Virus record (IMG/VR): IMGVR_UViG_2778260932_000003
Coordinates: 9,788 to 73,787 of that record
DNA: 64,000 nt
Direction: 5' to 3' (one strand)
DNA from: a virus
Shown: in pieces, positions 41,749 to 51,994 of the stretch
Layout of the letters: every line of letters starts with the position of its first letter
How positions within the stretch are numbered: the first letter of the stretch is position 1
Program-made: the position numbers and the translations under genes
The notes under the pieces: model-generated
Told to the model about the DNA's origin: nothing
Databases searched by the model: none
The model's input: the letters and a program-made list of their open reading frames with translations, nothing else

Positions 41749-41795
41749 CCCTTCTAAGCCGTAGGTCACAGGTTCGAATCCTGTAGGGCGTACCA
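41749..41795 (+). other. argU: att site: 3' half of tRNA-Arg(UCU) (argU-type), not an intact tRNA
   Basis: CCTTCTAAGCCGTAGGTCACAGGTTCGAATCCTGTAGGGCGTACCA covers anticodon TCT, T-arm and CCA; the D-arm/5' half is absent upstream. Confidence 0.9.
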
Positions 41796-41909
41796 CCCAT
41801 TCATATCTTAACGTCTTCCAAAGTCCATAAAACCCCAATAAATACGCAGTATTAGCCTTTTTCCGTTCTTCTGTAGTCCAGTCAGATATGTTGAAATCCA
41901 TAGATCTCT

Positions 41910-41958
41910 GGGGGCATAATAGGGGGCATTGTTAGGTTCAATCAAAATGGATGCCCCC
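41910..41958. promoter_or_regulatory. P4-type integrase arm-binding sites (left end)
   Basis: GGGGGCAT at 41910 and 41922 (12-bp period) and inverted at 41951; mirrored at 60672/60684. Confidence 0.7.
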
Positions 41959-41960
41959 AC

Positions 41961-43175
41961 ATGAAGTTGACCGCCAGACAGATAGACACCGCGAAGCCCA
42001 AAGACAAATCGTATAAACTCTCCGATGGTGGGGGCATGTACTTAGAAATTTTTCCGAATGGTTCCAAATGTTGGCGATTAAAATATCGCTTTGCGGGTAA
42101 AGAGAAGCGATTGGCATTTGGCACTTACCCTACCGTAACCTTGGCAGAAGCCAGAAACAAAAGGGAAGACGCCAAGAAAATATTGGCAAATGGCGATGAT
42201 CCGGGGCTGGTTAAAAGACAGGAAAAAAGAGAAAAAGCTCTCATCGTAAGTAACAGCTTTGAAAAAATCGCCCTTGAGTGGCACGCCTATAAGGTTCCTA
42301 ACTGGTCAAAGGGATATGCAGAAGACCTTTTAGAAGGTTTCACAAAAGATATTTTTCCTTTCATTGGCAAACTCGCCATCACTGATATCAAGCCATTAGA
42401 CATGCTCACCGTCCTGCGCAAAATGGAACAGCGTGGCGTTCTCGATAAGCTGAAAAAGATCAGACAGGCATGTAACCAAGTTTTCAGATATGCAATTGTC
42501 ACGGGAAGAGCGGAATATAATCCAGCGGCGGAACTGGCTGGCGCATTAGCAACACCGAAAGCCAAGCATTTCCCACATCTGAATGTCGATGAATTACCAG
42601 CATTCCTACAAGCATTGTCCCTCTATAGCGGAAGTAAAATTACTCAAATTGCAACGAAGTTACTTCTGCTTACCGGATTGAGAACAATAGAGCTGCGCGC
42701 CTCTACTTGGGCAGAAATTAATTTCGATAAAGCAATTTGGGAAATCCCTCAAGAGCGTATGAAAATGCGTCGGCCTCATATTGTTCCCCTTTCTGAACAG
42801 GCTTTGATCTTACTAAAAGAGCTGGAAGCAATCACAGGCCGATTTAACTTTGCTTTTCATGGTAGGAATGATGCAAGTAAGCCAATGAGTGAAGCCGCCA
42901 TTAATCAGGTTCTTAAACGCATTGGTTATGCTGGTCGGGCAACAGGCCACGGCTTTCGACACACCATGAGCACTATCTTACATGAACAAGGTTATAACAC
43001 TGCATGGATTGAAACACAGCTTGCTCACGTTGATAAGAACAGTATTCGAGGAACTTACAATCACGCCCAATATTTGGATGGTCGTAGGGAAATGCTGCAA
43101 TGGTATGCCGACTATATGGATGCACTCGAACAAGACGACAATGTAGTACATGGAGAATTTAAGAAACGAGCTTGA
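41961..43175 (+). CDS. P4-like integrase
   Basis: MKLTARQIDTAKPKDKSYKLSDGGGMYL, TGLRTIE, HGFRHT, QLAHVD, YNHAQY. Confidence 0.95.
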   Translation: MKLTARQIDTAKPKDKSYKLSDGGGMYLEIFPNGSKCWRLKYRFAGKEKRLAFGTYPTVTLAEARNKREDAKKILANGDDPGLVKRQEKREKALIVSNSFEKIALEWHAYKVPNWSKGYAEDLLEGFTKDIFPFIGKLAITDIKPLDMLTVLRKMEQRGVLDKLKKIRQACNQVFRYAIVTGRAEYNPAAELAGALATPKAKHFPHLNVDELPAFLQALSLYSGSKITQIATKLLLLTGLRTIELRASTWAEINFDKAIWEIPQERMKMRRPHIVPLSEQALILLKELEAITGRFNFAFHGRNDASKPMSEAAINQVLKRIGYAGRATGHGFRHTMSTILHEQGYNTAWIETQLAHVDKNSIRGTYNHAQYLDGRREMLQWYADYMDALEQDDNVVHGEFKKRA

Positions 43176-43306
43176 TTTAATTATCTTAGAATAATAATCT
43201 TCGGTTAACATGTAACTATTTATGGTTTTGTATTAATCATAAATAGTTATTATTGCAAATGGTAAGACATAATACATTCTTTGTATGAAACAAATTACTA
43301 TTGTCA

Positions 43307-44389
43307 CTTGGATTCACATATTAAGCGCAACACCGTAATGAGCGAAGTAATTGAGTGGGTACTCCTTTAAATAACTCATTCGGTGTTTTGTAATCTCGTG
43401 TTTTACGAGGACGATTATTTAATCGGTTTGCCACAAGGTTAATCTCCCGCTCTGATACCTTATTAAAATCGGTTCCTTTTGGGAAGTAATCTCTAATTAA
43501 TCCATTTATGTTCTCATTTATCCCTCTTTCCCAAGGGGAATGCGGGTGAGCAAAATAAATTCTTGCCTCTAAATTTTTACTGATCCGCTCGTGTTCGGCA
43601 AATTCGAGGCCATTGTCAAAGGTAATTGTTTTAACTTTATGTTTTATCAGTGATAAGTGTCTTGTTGCCGCTTTGGCGACCCCTTCTGCTGTTTTATCTT
43701 CAAGTTTAATAATAATAGTAAATAATGATTTTCGTTCAACGAGTGTCAATAATGCACTTTTATGATCTTGGCCAACGATAGTATCGCCTTCCCAATCACC
43801 AATACGCTGCTTTTTATCAACAAATTTTGGGCGTTTATCAATGCTGACTCTATTTTTAATTTTGCCTCTGCGCTCATAATTTCCATAGCGTTTACGATAC
43901 GGTTTTTTCGCCATTCTGAGATGTTGCCATAAATCACCACCATTCTTTTTATCTTTATAAATCAATCGATAAATCGTCTCATGATGTAAAGATATTTTGG
44001 CTTCCCGTTTAAGATAACCCACAATCTGTTCGGGACTTAAATCTTGCCAAATTAACTGTTTGATCCACATTTCTATCTCTGGATTCACTTTGACTGCTTT
44101 TATAGCAAAATGCCGGCGTGCTACGGCCTTAAACTGAGCCTGTTCAGGAGAATATTTCTTTGCTTCCCGATTTCGTCTCAATTCCCGGCTAATCGTTGAG
44201 GGGCTTCGATTGAGTGACTTTGAAATCGCCCGTTGTGAAAAACCCGCTTCTTTCAGGCTAGAAATCTGATATCTTTCTGTTTCGGTCAGTTGTGTATAGG
44301 TCATAGCGCATTTTCCTTTGGCGAGAAAGATGCCTACTATAGCAACTGACCGCCTTTCTCAGAAATTGCACTTATTATGCGAATCCAAG
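43307..44389 (-). mobile_element. IS30-family insertion sequence (1083 bp)
   Basis: 24-bp IRs CTTGGATTCACATATTAAGCGCAA / CTTGGATTCGCATAATAAGTGCAA; 3-bp target duplication TCA (43304-43306, 44390-44392). Confidence 0.9.
43321..44304 (-). CDS. IS30-family DDE transposase
   Basis: HTH (STISRELRRN), GDWEGDT, TITFDNGLEF, PWERGINENINGLIR.YFPKGTDF. Confidence 0.95.
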   Translation of the reverse strand: MTYTQLTETERYQISSLKEAGFSQRAISKSLNRSPSTISRELRRNREAKKYSPEQAQFKAVARRHFAIKAVKVNPEIEMWIKQLIWQDLSPEQIVGYLKREAKISLHHETIYRLIYKDKKNGGDLWQHLRMAKKPYRKRYGNYERRGKIKNRVSIDKRPKFVDKKQRIGDWEGDTIVGQDHKSALLTLVERKSLFTIIIKLEDKTAEGVAKAATRHLSLIKHKVKTITFDNGLEFAEHERISKNLEARIYFAHPHSPWERGINENINGLIRDYFPKGTDFNKVSEREINLVANRLNNRPRKTRDYKTPNELFKGVPTQLLRSLRCCA

Positions 44390-44486
44390 TCATGTAATGA
44401 ATTAATTTTACAACTTCGGTTTAATTATCCCTGTTCTAATAACGTCCAAAAAGAACCAATATGGACAAGCTAACAGGGGAAAGTAT

Positions 44487-44699
44487 ATGTCAGAAACTAT
44501 CACATCTAAAGAAAGTCTTATCCGCTTACCAGAAGTGCAACGCAGAACGGGTTATAGCAAGGCATGGATTTACAAACTGATTGAGGAAGATAAATTTCCG
44601 AAACAAGTCAAAATTGGTACTCGCTCAATAGCTTTTATTGAATCAGAAATTGATAGCTGGATAGCTCAACGTATTGCTGAATCTCGCAATGGAATATAA
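44487..44699 (+). CDS. alpA: AlpA-family excisionase/regulator
   Basis: LIRLPEVQRRTGYSKAWIYKLI..DKFPKQVKIG.RSIAFIESEIDSWI. Confidence 0.95.
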   Translation: MSETITSKESLIRLPEVQRRTGYSKAWIYKLIEEDKFPKQVKIGTRSIAFIESEIDSWIAQRIAESRNGI

Positions 44700-44963
44700 T
44701 TAAAAAATCAATATCACCAATTTGTTCTAAGAGAAAAATATTATTTCAGCATAGATTGAAATATATAAAATTATGATAAAGAAAAACATGGTTAATAATC
44801 GTGATGGGGTTTTGTACGCTGAAAATAATGAATATTATATTTCCACTAACTATATAGATATTGATTGGTTCAAAAAAGAAAAGGATAACATGGGAAATGC
44901 TATCCTTGTTTTATTTAATGGTATAAATCAGTTTATTGCCTTGAATAATGCGATTTTCTTAGT

Positions 44964-45155
44964 TCAGCCTTTTGGATCTATACCTAATCGTTCTAATTCC
45001 TTACGCCCTAAAGTTTTAAGCCAGTTAGCTAAGCTCATTCCTGATTTTTGGGCTGCATCTTCAAATTGTTCTTTTAGTTCGGGAGTTATACGCATTCTAA
45101 ATTGTGGGGATTGCCCATCACCTTTTGGGCTTTTATCTCGCTTTATCGTTGACAA
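44964..45155 (-). CDS. Small ribbon-helix-helix (Arc/HicB-like) DNA-binding protein
   Basis: PQFRMRITPELKEQFEDAAQKSGMSLANWLK pattern. Confidence 0.65.
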   Translation of the reverse strand: MSTIKRDKSPKGDGQSPQFRMRITPELKEQFEDAAQKSGMSLANWLKTLGRKELERLGIDPKG

Positions 45156-45297
45156 GTGGTCACCTATTGCATTAGCCTTATCGATATTAGGTGGTCACCT
45201 TAACATGGTAAAACCTATAAAATCAACGCCCCCGCACAGTGCTACCAACACTGAACGAGGGCTAACCACCCACGATAACTACAATATCGAGGTAGCT

Positions 45298-45396
45298 ATG
45301 TTTCAATATACCTTTCTAACTGGAAAGGGCAAAGCCCGTTTACCTAAATTCTTCCCTATGTACCTTATCTCCACTCTGGAGGTAAGCCATGTTTAA
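45298..45396 (+). pseudogene. Short icd-like/host-division-inhibitor-type remnant
   Basis: GAGG RBS, MFQYTFL...LEVSHV, overlapping the next start; typical PICI position. Confidence 0.35.
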
Positions 45397-45748
45397 GATC
45401 ATTATCACCATCACAAATCAGCATACTGGCGAGATAAAAAAAGAATCAATCCGTTATAAATACAAGACATTGCGCGGTGCGGAGAAAGCCGCCATGCGTA
45501 TTCGCCATTCTTACATACCAGATGATAAATCTATCGACGTTGAAATAGTCAGAGTATACGAACGCCGATCACCTATTTCACTTTCTCAGGCCATGCACAA
45601 TACGGGGCTGGCAACTTCTTTATTTGGCGTAATTCTCGAAAAGGCCAAAGACGAATGTTCTATCGATTTAAATAATCTGATTGCGCTGGCCTGTGATATC
45701 AATCAAGAAGTTTATCATGCGCTTCAAGCGGCTGTTTATGAGGAGTAA
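45389..45748 (+). CDS. Hypothetical PICI protein
   Basis: Coupled ORF between the icd-like remnant and the primase. Confidence 0.7.
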   Translation: MFKIIITITNQHTGEIKKESIRYKYKTLRGAEKAAMRIRHSYIPDDKSIDVEIVRVYERRSPISLSQAMHNTGLATSLFGVILEKAKDECSIDLNNLIALACDINQEVYHALQAAVYEE

Positions 45749-45751
45749 ACC

Positions 45752-48184
45752 ATGAGTCAATCATCATCACATGGATATAAAACTCATAAAAACAGCTCGG
45801 CAAGCCGCCCGATAGACGTTATCCGAACAGTGAAACAATCCGCTATGAATCACTGGCAAAGCCTGTTGCCAGCTTGTGGTGTGGATGTTCCCGCGAAGGG
45901 AAAGCATGGCGCTTGCCCGATATGCGGCGGTACTGACCGTTTTCACTTTATAGACGATAACCATCATGGCGACTGGCATTGTCGCCAGTGTGATCAGCCT
46001 AATCACGGCGATGGTCTGGATTTAGTGACAAGGGCTAAAGGTATCACTATTCTGGCAGCGGCTAAGCTGATTGCTGATGTGCTGGCAATGCCATTACCTG
46101 AACCCAAATTCAAACCAGTTAAAGAGCAGTCTCGAACAGTGAAACCCATTGCAGAACGGATCGCGGTGCTGGTGGCAAAATCGATAAGGGGAGAATCTCA
46201 GTATCTGGCGAAAAAGGGGCTGCAATGCCCCAACCAGCGGCTATTGCAAGATGGTTTTCTATTACTGGTGACTCAGACACTGGATGGCACTATCACCGGC
46301 GCTCAGACCATCAAGCCTAATGGTGAAAAGCGTCTTGTATCCGGTACGCAGAAGAAAGGGAGTGTTATTCCGGTATCTGAAATTACCGGAACGCCGGACA
46401 CCATCATCATTACCGAAGGTTATGCGACAGCGCTGACTGTCAGTCAGCTACATAATGGTGTGGTATTAGCTGCCATTGATGAAAGTAATTTACTGAATGT
46501 TGCCGAATTGGTCAGAAAGCAATGGTCTGAATCGAAAATTATCCTTGCCGCCGATAATGATTGGCACTCACAAGGCGAACGGGACAAAAACGGCAAGCTC
46601 AAAAAGAATGTAGGCAAAATAGCGGCAGAAAAGACTGCTAAAGCGATTAATGGCTGGGTAACGTTACCGCTAACTGAATATAAAGCCGACTGGGATGATT
46701 ATCGCCAGCATCACGGCATAGAGGCAGCAAGGCAGGCATTCAGCAACGGATTATATAAGGTTGGGGAGAAAAGACTCATGGAAGCAGAAGCAGTGGTAAT
46801 CCACGAAGCAAAGCCCAAAAAGGCCAATAACAATCTGGCACAAATGGCAGCCAGTCAACGCGGGGCATTATTGGTTGAAAGTTACGGCAAAGTAGCTGTT
46901 AATCCTGATAGCGAAATGGTTTATCACTATAACGGCACAACATGGGAAACAGTGTCAGATAACGAGCTGCGTCGCGCAATGGTGGCAATCTTCGACCAGC
47001 ACGACACCCCGTACAGCCCAAACGGGATCAATAACGCTATCTGTGCCATGAAATTACAAATTCCGGTCATTGGCGAACAGAGGTCGGATTTAATCGGGTT
47101 TTGTAATGGTGTGTATAATTTATCGACACAACAATTTACCCCGCACCAACCGGAACACTGGTTAATGAATCATAACGGCATTGAGTTTACCCAGCCTGCT
47201 ATCGGTGAAAACTTGTCGGATCATGCTCCTGACTTTTATCGCTGGCTCTCCCATGCAGCGGGGCAGAATGAAAACAAGATGGATCGTATCAAAGCTGCCC
47301 TATTTATGATTCTGGCAAACCGTTATGATTGGCAGCTCTTTATTGAAGTCACCGGCGAAGGCGGCAGCGGTAAAAGCGTATTTACATATATCGCCACCTT
47401 ACTGGCGGGAGAGCACAATACCGCCAGTGGCAATATGAGAGCGCTGGATGAAGCCAGAGGCCGTTATCAGTTTGTCGGCAAGAGCTTAATTACGCTGCCC
47501 GATCAGGTTAAATATGTGGGTGAAGGTGCAGGCATTAAGGCCATTACAGGCGGCGACCTGATTGAAGTTGACGGAAAATACGAGAAGCAGTTTTCTACCA
47601 TCATCAAAGCCGTGGTATTAGCCACCAATAATGAACCCATGAGCTTTACCGAACGTAATGGCGGCATTGCACGGCGGCGGGTGATATTCCCGTTTAATAT
47701 TCCGGTTAAAGAATCTGAGAAAGACCCACAGTTGCCGGAGAAAATCAGCCGGGAACTGCCGGTGATTATTCGCCACTTATTAACAGAATTTGCCGACCAG
47801 AATAAAGCTAAGAAACTGCTACAGGCACAACGCGATTCCAGCGAAGCATTAACGGTGAAATGTGGCTCTGATCCTCTCTATCGTTTCTGTGGTTATTTGG
47901 TGTCTGGGGAGGATACCGCCGGAATGAAAATGGGGAATAAAAATATCAGCCCACGCGCACCACGAATGTATCTGTATCACGCTTACCTGTCCTTTATGGA
48001 GGCTTACGGTTTTGAACGCCCGTTAACACTGACAAAATTTGGCGAGTCGATGCCGAAGATTATGCAGGAACATCGGAAGGATTATCAGAAAGTGAGAACT
48101 AAGAAAGGCTATTCTTATCATGTTGAGTTGTCGGAAGACGCGGAAGAATGGCTACCGTCAGTACCTGAACGTCGAGACGATTAA
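45752..48184 (+). CDS. P4 alpha-like primase/helicase (Pri-Rep)
   Basis: Zn finger CPICGGTDRF, TOPRIM (EGYATA, AADND, DWDD), SF3 helicase GEGGSGKS, C-terminal wHTH (LYHAYLSFM). Confidence 0.95.
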   Translation: MSQSSSHGYKTHKNSSASRPIDVIRTVKQSAMNHWQSLLPACGVDVPAKGKHGACPICGGTDRFHFIDDNHHGDWHCRQCDQPNHGDGLDLVTRAKGITILAAAKLIADVLAMPLPEPKFKPVKEQSRTVKPIAERIAVLVAKSIRGESQYLAKKGLQCPNQRLLQDGFLLLVTQTLDGTITGAQTIKPNGEKRLVSGTQKKGSVIPVSEITGTPDTIIITEGYATALTVSQLHNGVVLAAIDESNLLNVAELVRKQWSESKIILAADNDWHSQGERDKNGKLKKNVGKIAAEKTAKAINGWVTLPLTEYKADWDDYRQHHGIEAARQAFSNGLYKVGEKRLMEAEAVVIHEAKPKKANNNLAQMAASQRGALLVESYGKVAVNPDSEMVYHYNGTTWETVSDNELRRAMVAIFDQHDTPYSPNGINNAICAMKLQIPVIGEQRSDLIGFCNGVYNLSTQQFTPHQPEHWLMNHNGIEFTQPAIGENLSDHAPDFYRWLSHAAGQNENKMDRIKAALFMILANRYDWQLFIEVTGEGGSGKSVFTYIATLLAGEHNTASGNMRALDEARGRYQFVGKSLITLPDQVKYVGEGAGIKAITGGDLIEVDGKYEKQFSTIIKAVVLATNNEPMSFTERNGGIARRRVIFPFNIPVKESEKDPQLPEKISRELPVIIRHLLTEFADQNKAKKLLQAQRDSSEALTVKCGSDPLYRFCGYLVSGEDTAGMKMGNKNISPRAPRMYLYHAYLSFMEAYGFERPLTLTKFGESMPKIMQEHRKDYQKVRTKKGYSYHVELSEDAEEWLPSVPERRDD

Positions 48185-48212
48185 GTCTGCTACATAGAAC
48201 TTTTGGATTTAG

Positions 48213-48430
48213 GTATACATACTATGCACCATTTTATATATGTAATTGTATTTAAGAGAAAATAAAGGATGTATAGTTATTTTTTAACTATGCATCTACT
48301 CTACATTCTCTACATCAGTTAAAAAATAAAGGGTGTATAGGGTACACAGTGGGTGAATATCGTATTAATTGTCACAAGCTCAGATGTAACAAGGCTTTCA
48401 GGGAATTGTGCATAGGGTGTAGAGTTGAGG
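48213..48430. promoter_or_regulatory. Putative replication origin with iterons G(G/A)TG(T/C)A(T/G)AG in both orientations
   Basis: actatgcacc 48221, ggatgtatag 48267, actatgcatc 48287, ctctacat 48299/48308, ggtgtatag 48332, gtgcatag ~48408, ggtgtagag ~48416, with AT-rich spacers; directly after pri-rep. Confidence 0.65.
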
Positions 48431-48808
48431 GGGCGAAAAAGATTTTTAGGGGATATCTCTGGTAGGAAAACTAAATTTTCTAATTTAATGTGCTAATTTT
48501 TCTGTTTAAGGAAGCAATCAGTAGATAAAAATATCTTTATATTTTGATATGTATCAAATCATAATTCAAATTGGTAGATTAAGTGGTGGTTTTTAGAGAC
48601 TGTCTAACAAAATATTTTTTATGTCAGGATTATCAACACCACTTAATTCAATGTATATTATTATCACTGCATCATAGTTTTTTAATTACCATGTAATAGT
48701 TTTTATCATTATTGTTTTTCTTTATGGTAAATTAGGAATATAGCTATTGACAGTAACGGAAAGATAAATAACTATATGTTTTATTTTGATAAATCAAAAG
48801 GAAACGAA

Positions 48809-49288
48809 ATGGCTAATATGATTTACATGACCTTAAATGGTAAAAAACAAGGGTTGATATCAGCAGGTTGCTCAACTTATGATTCAATAGGTAATAAATA
48901 CCAAGAGGAAAACAAGGATAAAATATTGGTTTACTCTATAGATCACGATATTAATAGAGAACAGAATGTCAATCATCATCCTATAGTAATAACAAAACCC
49001 ATCGATAAATCATCTCCATTATTAGGGGTTTCAATATCAAACAATGAGCACTTAGATTGTTTACTGGAAATATATAGAAATAGTTCAGCAGGGGGATTGG
49101 AAAAATTTTATTCTATCAAGTTAACAAATGCCACGATAAAAAACATTTCCAGCCATTATCCCAATTCACTAAGCCACAATGATATGCAACCATATGAAAG
49201 CATAACAATTTCATATGATAGCATAACATGGACACATCACATCGCTGGCACATCAGGCTACAGTATAAGAGAAGAGAATGTATTTTAA
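48809..49288 (+). CDS. hcp: Hcp-family (T6SS tube-like) protein
   Basis: MANMIYMTLNGKKQGLISAGCST..SIGNKYQ..KDKILV...HHP..ITKPIDKSSPLL...ESITISYDSITW.H..AGT.G. Confidence 0.85.
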   Translation: MANMIYMTLNGKKQGLISAGCSTYDSIGNKYQEENKDKILVYSIDHDINREQNVNHHPIVITKPIDKSSPLLGVSISNNEHLDCLLEIYRNSSAGGLEKFYSIKLTNATIKNISSHYPNSLSHNDMQPYESITISYDSITWTHHIAGTSGYSIREENVF

Positions 49289-49707
49289 TTCTTCTCAACT
49301 AGAAACAAAATGGTACGGTCAGTATCATTTTGTTTTATCTGTATAAACAAATTTCCTTTACTCCAAGATTCGCTTCCATCTGTATTCCAATATGCATTTA
49401 TATCTTTTATATAACCTAATTTTTTAATATAATTTATTAATTCCACTTTACGATTTGGATTTACATCTGAAAATAGAATTGAATTAGTCATTGGTTTTAC
49501 ACCATCTGGTGAGTCATAGGATATGATGTAATTATTTGAAATAATGGGTATTTCTTTTATTTCATCGAAGGTGAATAAATTATATCTAATAAAATCATTT
49601 TTTGTGTATGAAAAATTACTATTTACAAATAAAATGGGAATGGTAAAAGTTAGCCCTAAAAAAAACAGAGCGATAAATGTAATTTTAATAAACTTATTCA
49701 AGTTCAA
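49285..49707 (-). CDS. Hypothetical membrane-anchored protein (possible immunity)
   Basis: N-terminal hydrophobic helix; coupled to the upstream 228-aa gene. Confidence 0.6.
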   Translation of the reverse strand: MNLNKFIKITFIALFFLGLTFTIPILFVNSNFSYTKNDFIRYNLFTFDEIKEIPIISNNYIISYDSPDGVKPMTNSILFSDVNPNRKVELINYIKKLGYIKDINAYWNTDGSESWSKGNLFIQIKQNDTDRTILFLVEKN

Positions 49708-50380
49708 TCCCCACGTCTCTCACTGCATGTATGTTATATCCTGTTCTATCTTCAATATGTATCAGCAAATGACTCCTATCTATATCAGTGATCGGTGATA
49801 TAGTATTAAGAAATGTAGGCAAAGAAGAATAGTATGGTCTGGCATTATTAGGGTATTTTTGGGGATCAGGAAACAATAAAGGTTTAAATATTTTATTTTT
49901 ATACTTTCCTATAGCACCATAGTAATCCCACCTTTTTAGCGCATCTTCTTTACTTATAGGTTGAAGCTGAGTTAAATAATCAACTCCATTTATAGCCTGA
50001 TAAAAGCCAAGTAGATTTGAAACCAAATCTTCACCGCTGTATCCACTATCTGTATACCAATTAAAAGGAAATGAATCTTGATGCGCTTCAAATAGATGAG
50101 TGGTATACATCATAATAGTAAGTGCAACTCTTTTTTTATCATGTAAAGATAAACCTCTTCTTACTTTCCATCTTGTTATTTTAGATGTGCCATATTTTAA
50201 TCCAAGACCCATGTATTGTGTGTACTTAATGGTAAAGTATGGTTCTTTAGTATCATCGCCTGAATTTATAGCAGCCATTAACATTCTGGCATCGTTACCT
50301 TTTGAATGCCCAGTATCTACCCATCCTAATTTTTCGGTATAAACTAACCTTCCTTCTATTACATCACTTCTACTACTCAT
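49694..50380 (-). CDS. Hypothetical protein, DUF4056-like motifs (possible effector)
   Basis: LVYTEKLGWVDTGH and YSGEDLVSNLLG recall DUF4056 motifs (recalled, unverified). Confidence 0.5.
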   Translation of the reverse strand: MSSRSDVIEGRLVYTEKLGWVDTGHSKGNDARMLMAAINSGDDTKEPYFTIKYTQYMGLGLKYGTSKITRWKVRRGLSLHDKKRVALTIMMYTTHLFEAHQDSFPFNWYTDSGYSGEDLVSNLLGFYQAINGVDYLTQLQPISKEDALKRWDYYGAIGKYKNKIFKPLLFPDPQKYPNNARPYYSSLPTFLNTISPITDIDRSHLLIHIEDRTGYNIHAVRDVGIELE

Positions 50381-50798
50381 GGGAACTCCTGTAATTTAGT
50401 TAAATACACTATAAAATTTTAGATTATCTAATAGTATAGAAAATAATTAATAAACTACCTCATAGAAGCCTTCTAACAAAAAGTTACCACTTTGTTGTAT
50501 TGCACTAAAAAATAGGTTTCTATAGCATGTGATTCTATAATTACATAGTAGATTAGTAAATCCCAATCTCACTTTTTAGTAAGGATATATGCTTATATAA
50601 AATCATGTTAGATTGAAAGCGTATAGCTTATCTTTTTTAAAAGTAATGTCAGAAATTAACTATATACCCATAATTAAAATTTAAACCGCTACTTTTATAT
50701 TATTGTATACACCTCCAACATATTCATAATTCTTTCTTATTATTTTTCATAGTGTTAAAAATCATTTACTGAAAAAATAGATTAACTATAAAAACATC

Positions 50799-51950
50799 AT
50801 GAAAAAACTACTCGAACTACGCCAACAAAAATCCGATTTAACCCATCAAATGCGTTCACTACTTACCAAGGCTGAAAACGAAAAGCGTTCACTCAATACT
50901 GATGAAGCTAAACAGTTCGACGAACTGCGCAGCCAATCCGATACATTGAATGCTGAAATCGCCCGCTATGAGTCTTTGGCTGATGAAGAACGCAGTCAGG
51001 TAAAGACCCAACCGACCAGCAAAAAACTCAGTAATGATGAACTGCGTCACTATGTTCTGACTAGCGAAACTCGTTTTTTATCTACGGGCGTTCCGTCTGA
51101 GGGTGGCTATACCGTTATTCCCGAACTGAATAAACAAATCATGCAGCAACTGACTGATGAGTCAGTCATGCGCCGGATCTGTACGGTAAAAATCACACGC
51201 AGCAACGAATATAAGCAATTGATTTCAGTCGGTGGCGCAGCCGTGGCACACGGAGAAGAAGGCAAGGCACGCAGTGAGACAACGACACCGAAGATGGAAG
51301 AAGTCAGTATAAAGCTGTTTCCTATCTACGCTTATCCCAAAACCACGCAAGAGATTATCGATTTTAGCGATGTGGATATCTTAGGCTGGCTGACCTCCGA
51401 GATTGCCGACACTTTTGTCGATACCGAAGAAACAGATCTGGTCAGTGGTGACGGTAGTAAAAAAGCGAAAGGCTTCTTGTCCTATCCCCGTGATATTAAA
51501 GCCGACAAGGTGCGTGCATTTGGCACATTGCAAAAGCTGGAAGTTGCCGCCCTTGAAGCAGATAGCCTGATTGACCTTAAGTTCCTGCTCAAGAACAAGT
51601 ACCGCAAGAACGCCGTCTGGGTGATGAATTCCACAACTGCCGCCCAAGTACAAAAACTGAAAAACGGCAATGGCGATTATATCTGGCGGGAACGTTTACA
51701 GGCAGGTGATCCTGATATGCTGCTGGGCTTGCCTGTCCACTATCTCGAATTTATGCCGGAGGGTGTGATCGGTCTGGGTGACTTCAAACGTGGCTATTTT
51801 ATCGTTGACCATGAAACCGGTATTCGTACCCGTCCTGACAATATCACCGAGCCGGGATTTTATAAGGTACACACTGATAAATATCTGGGCGGCGGGTTGG
51901 TGGATTCCAACGCAATTAAGGTACTGGAAGTGAAAGCATCCAGCAACTAA
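50799..51950 (+). CDS. HK97-fold major capsid protein
   Basis: Coiled-coil delta domain; GGYTVIPE, YAYPKTTQE, GDGSKKAKGFL, GDFKRGYFIVD, YLGGGLVDSNAIK. Confidence 0.95.
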   Translation: MKKLLELRQQKSDLTHQMRSLLTKAENEKRSLNTDEAKQFDELRSQSDTLNAEIARYESLADEERSQVKTQPTSKKLSNDELRHYVLTSETRFLSTGVPSEGGYTVIPELNKQIMQQLTDESVMRRICTVKITRSNEYKQLISVGGAAVAHGEEGKARSETTTPKMEEVSIKLFPIYAYPKTTQEIIDFSDVDILGWLTSEIADTFVDTEETDLVSGDGSKKAKGFLSYPRDIKADKVRAFGTLQKLEVAALEADSLIDLKFLLKNKYRKNAVWVMNSTTAAQVQKLKNGNGDYIWRERLQAGDPDMLLGLPVHYLEFMPEGVIGLGDFKRGYFIVDHETGIRTRPDNITEPGFYKVHTDKYLGGGLVDSNAIKVLEVKASSN

Positions 51951-51994
51951 GTAGGAGGGGTATCACACCCCTTTCCAAGCCTTGGAGTCCATCA

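Noticed and set aside
41749-41795. Intact tRNA-Arg gene
   Set aside because: The 5' acceptor strand and D-arm are missing; it is an att duplication.
44773-45396. 207-aa plus-strand ORF in the satellite
   Set aside because: Fully overlaps the better supported RHH gene on the minus strand; only the last 32 codons have an RBS and PICI-like features.
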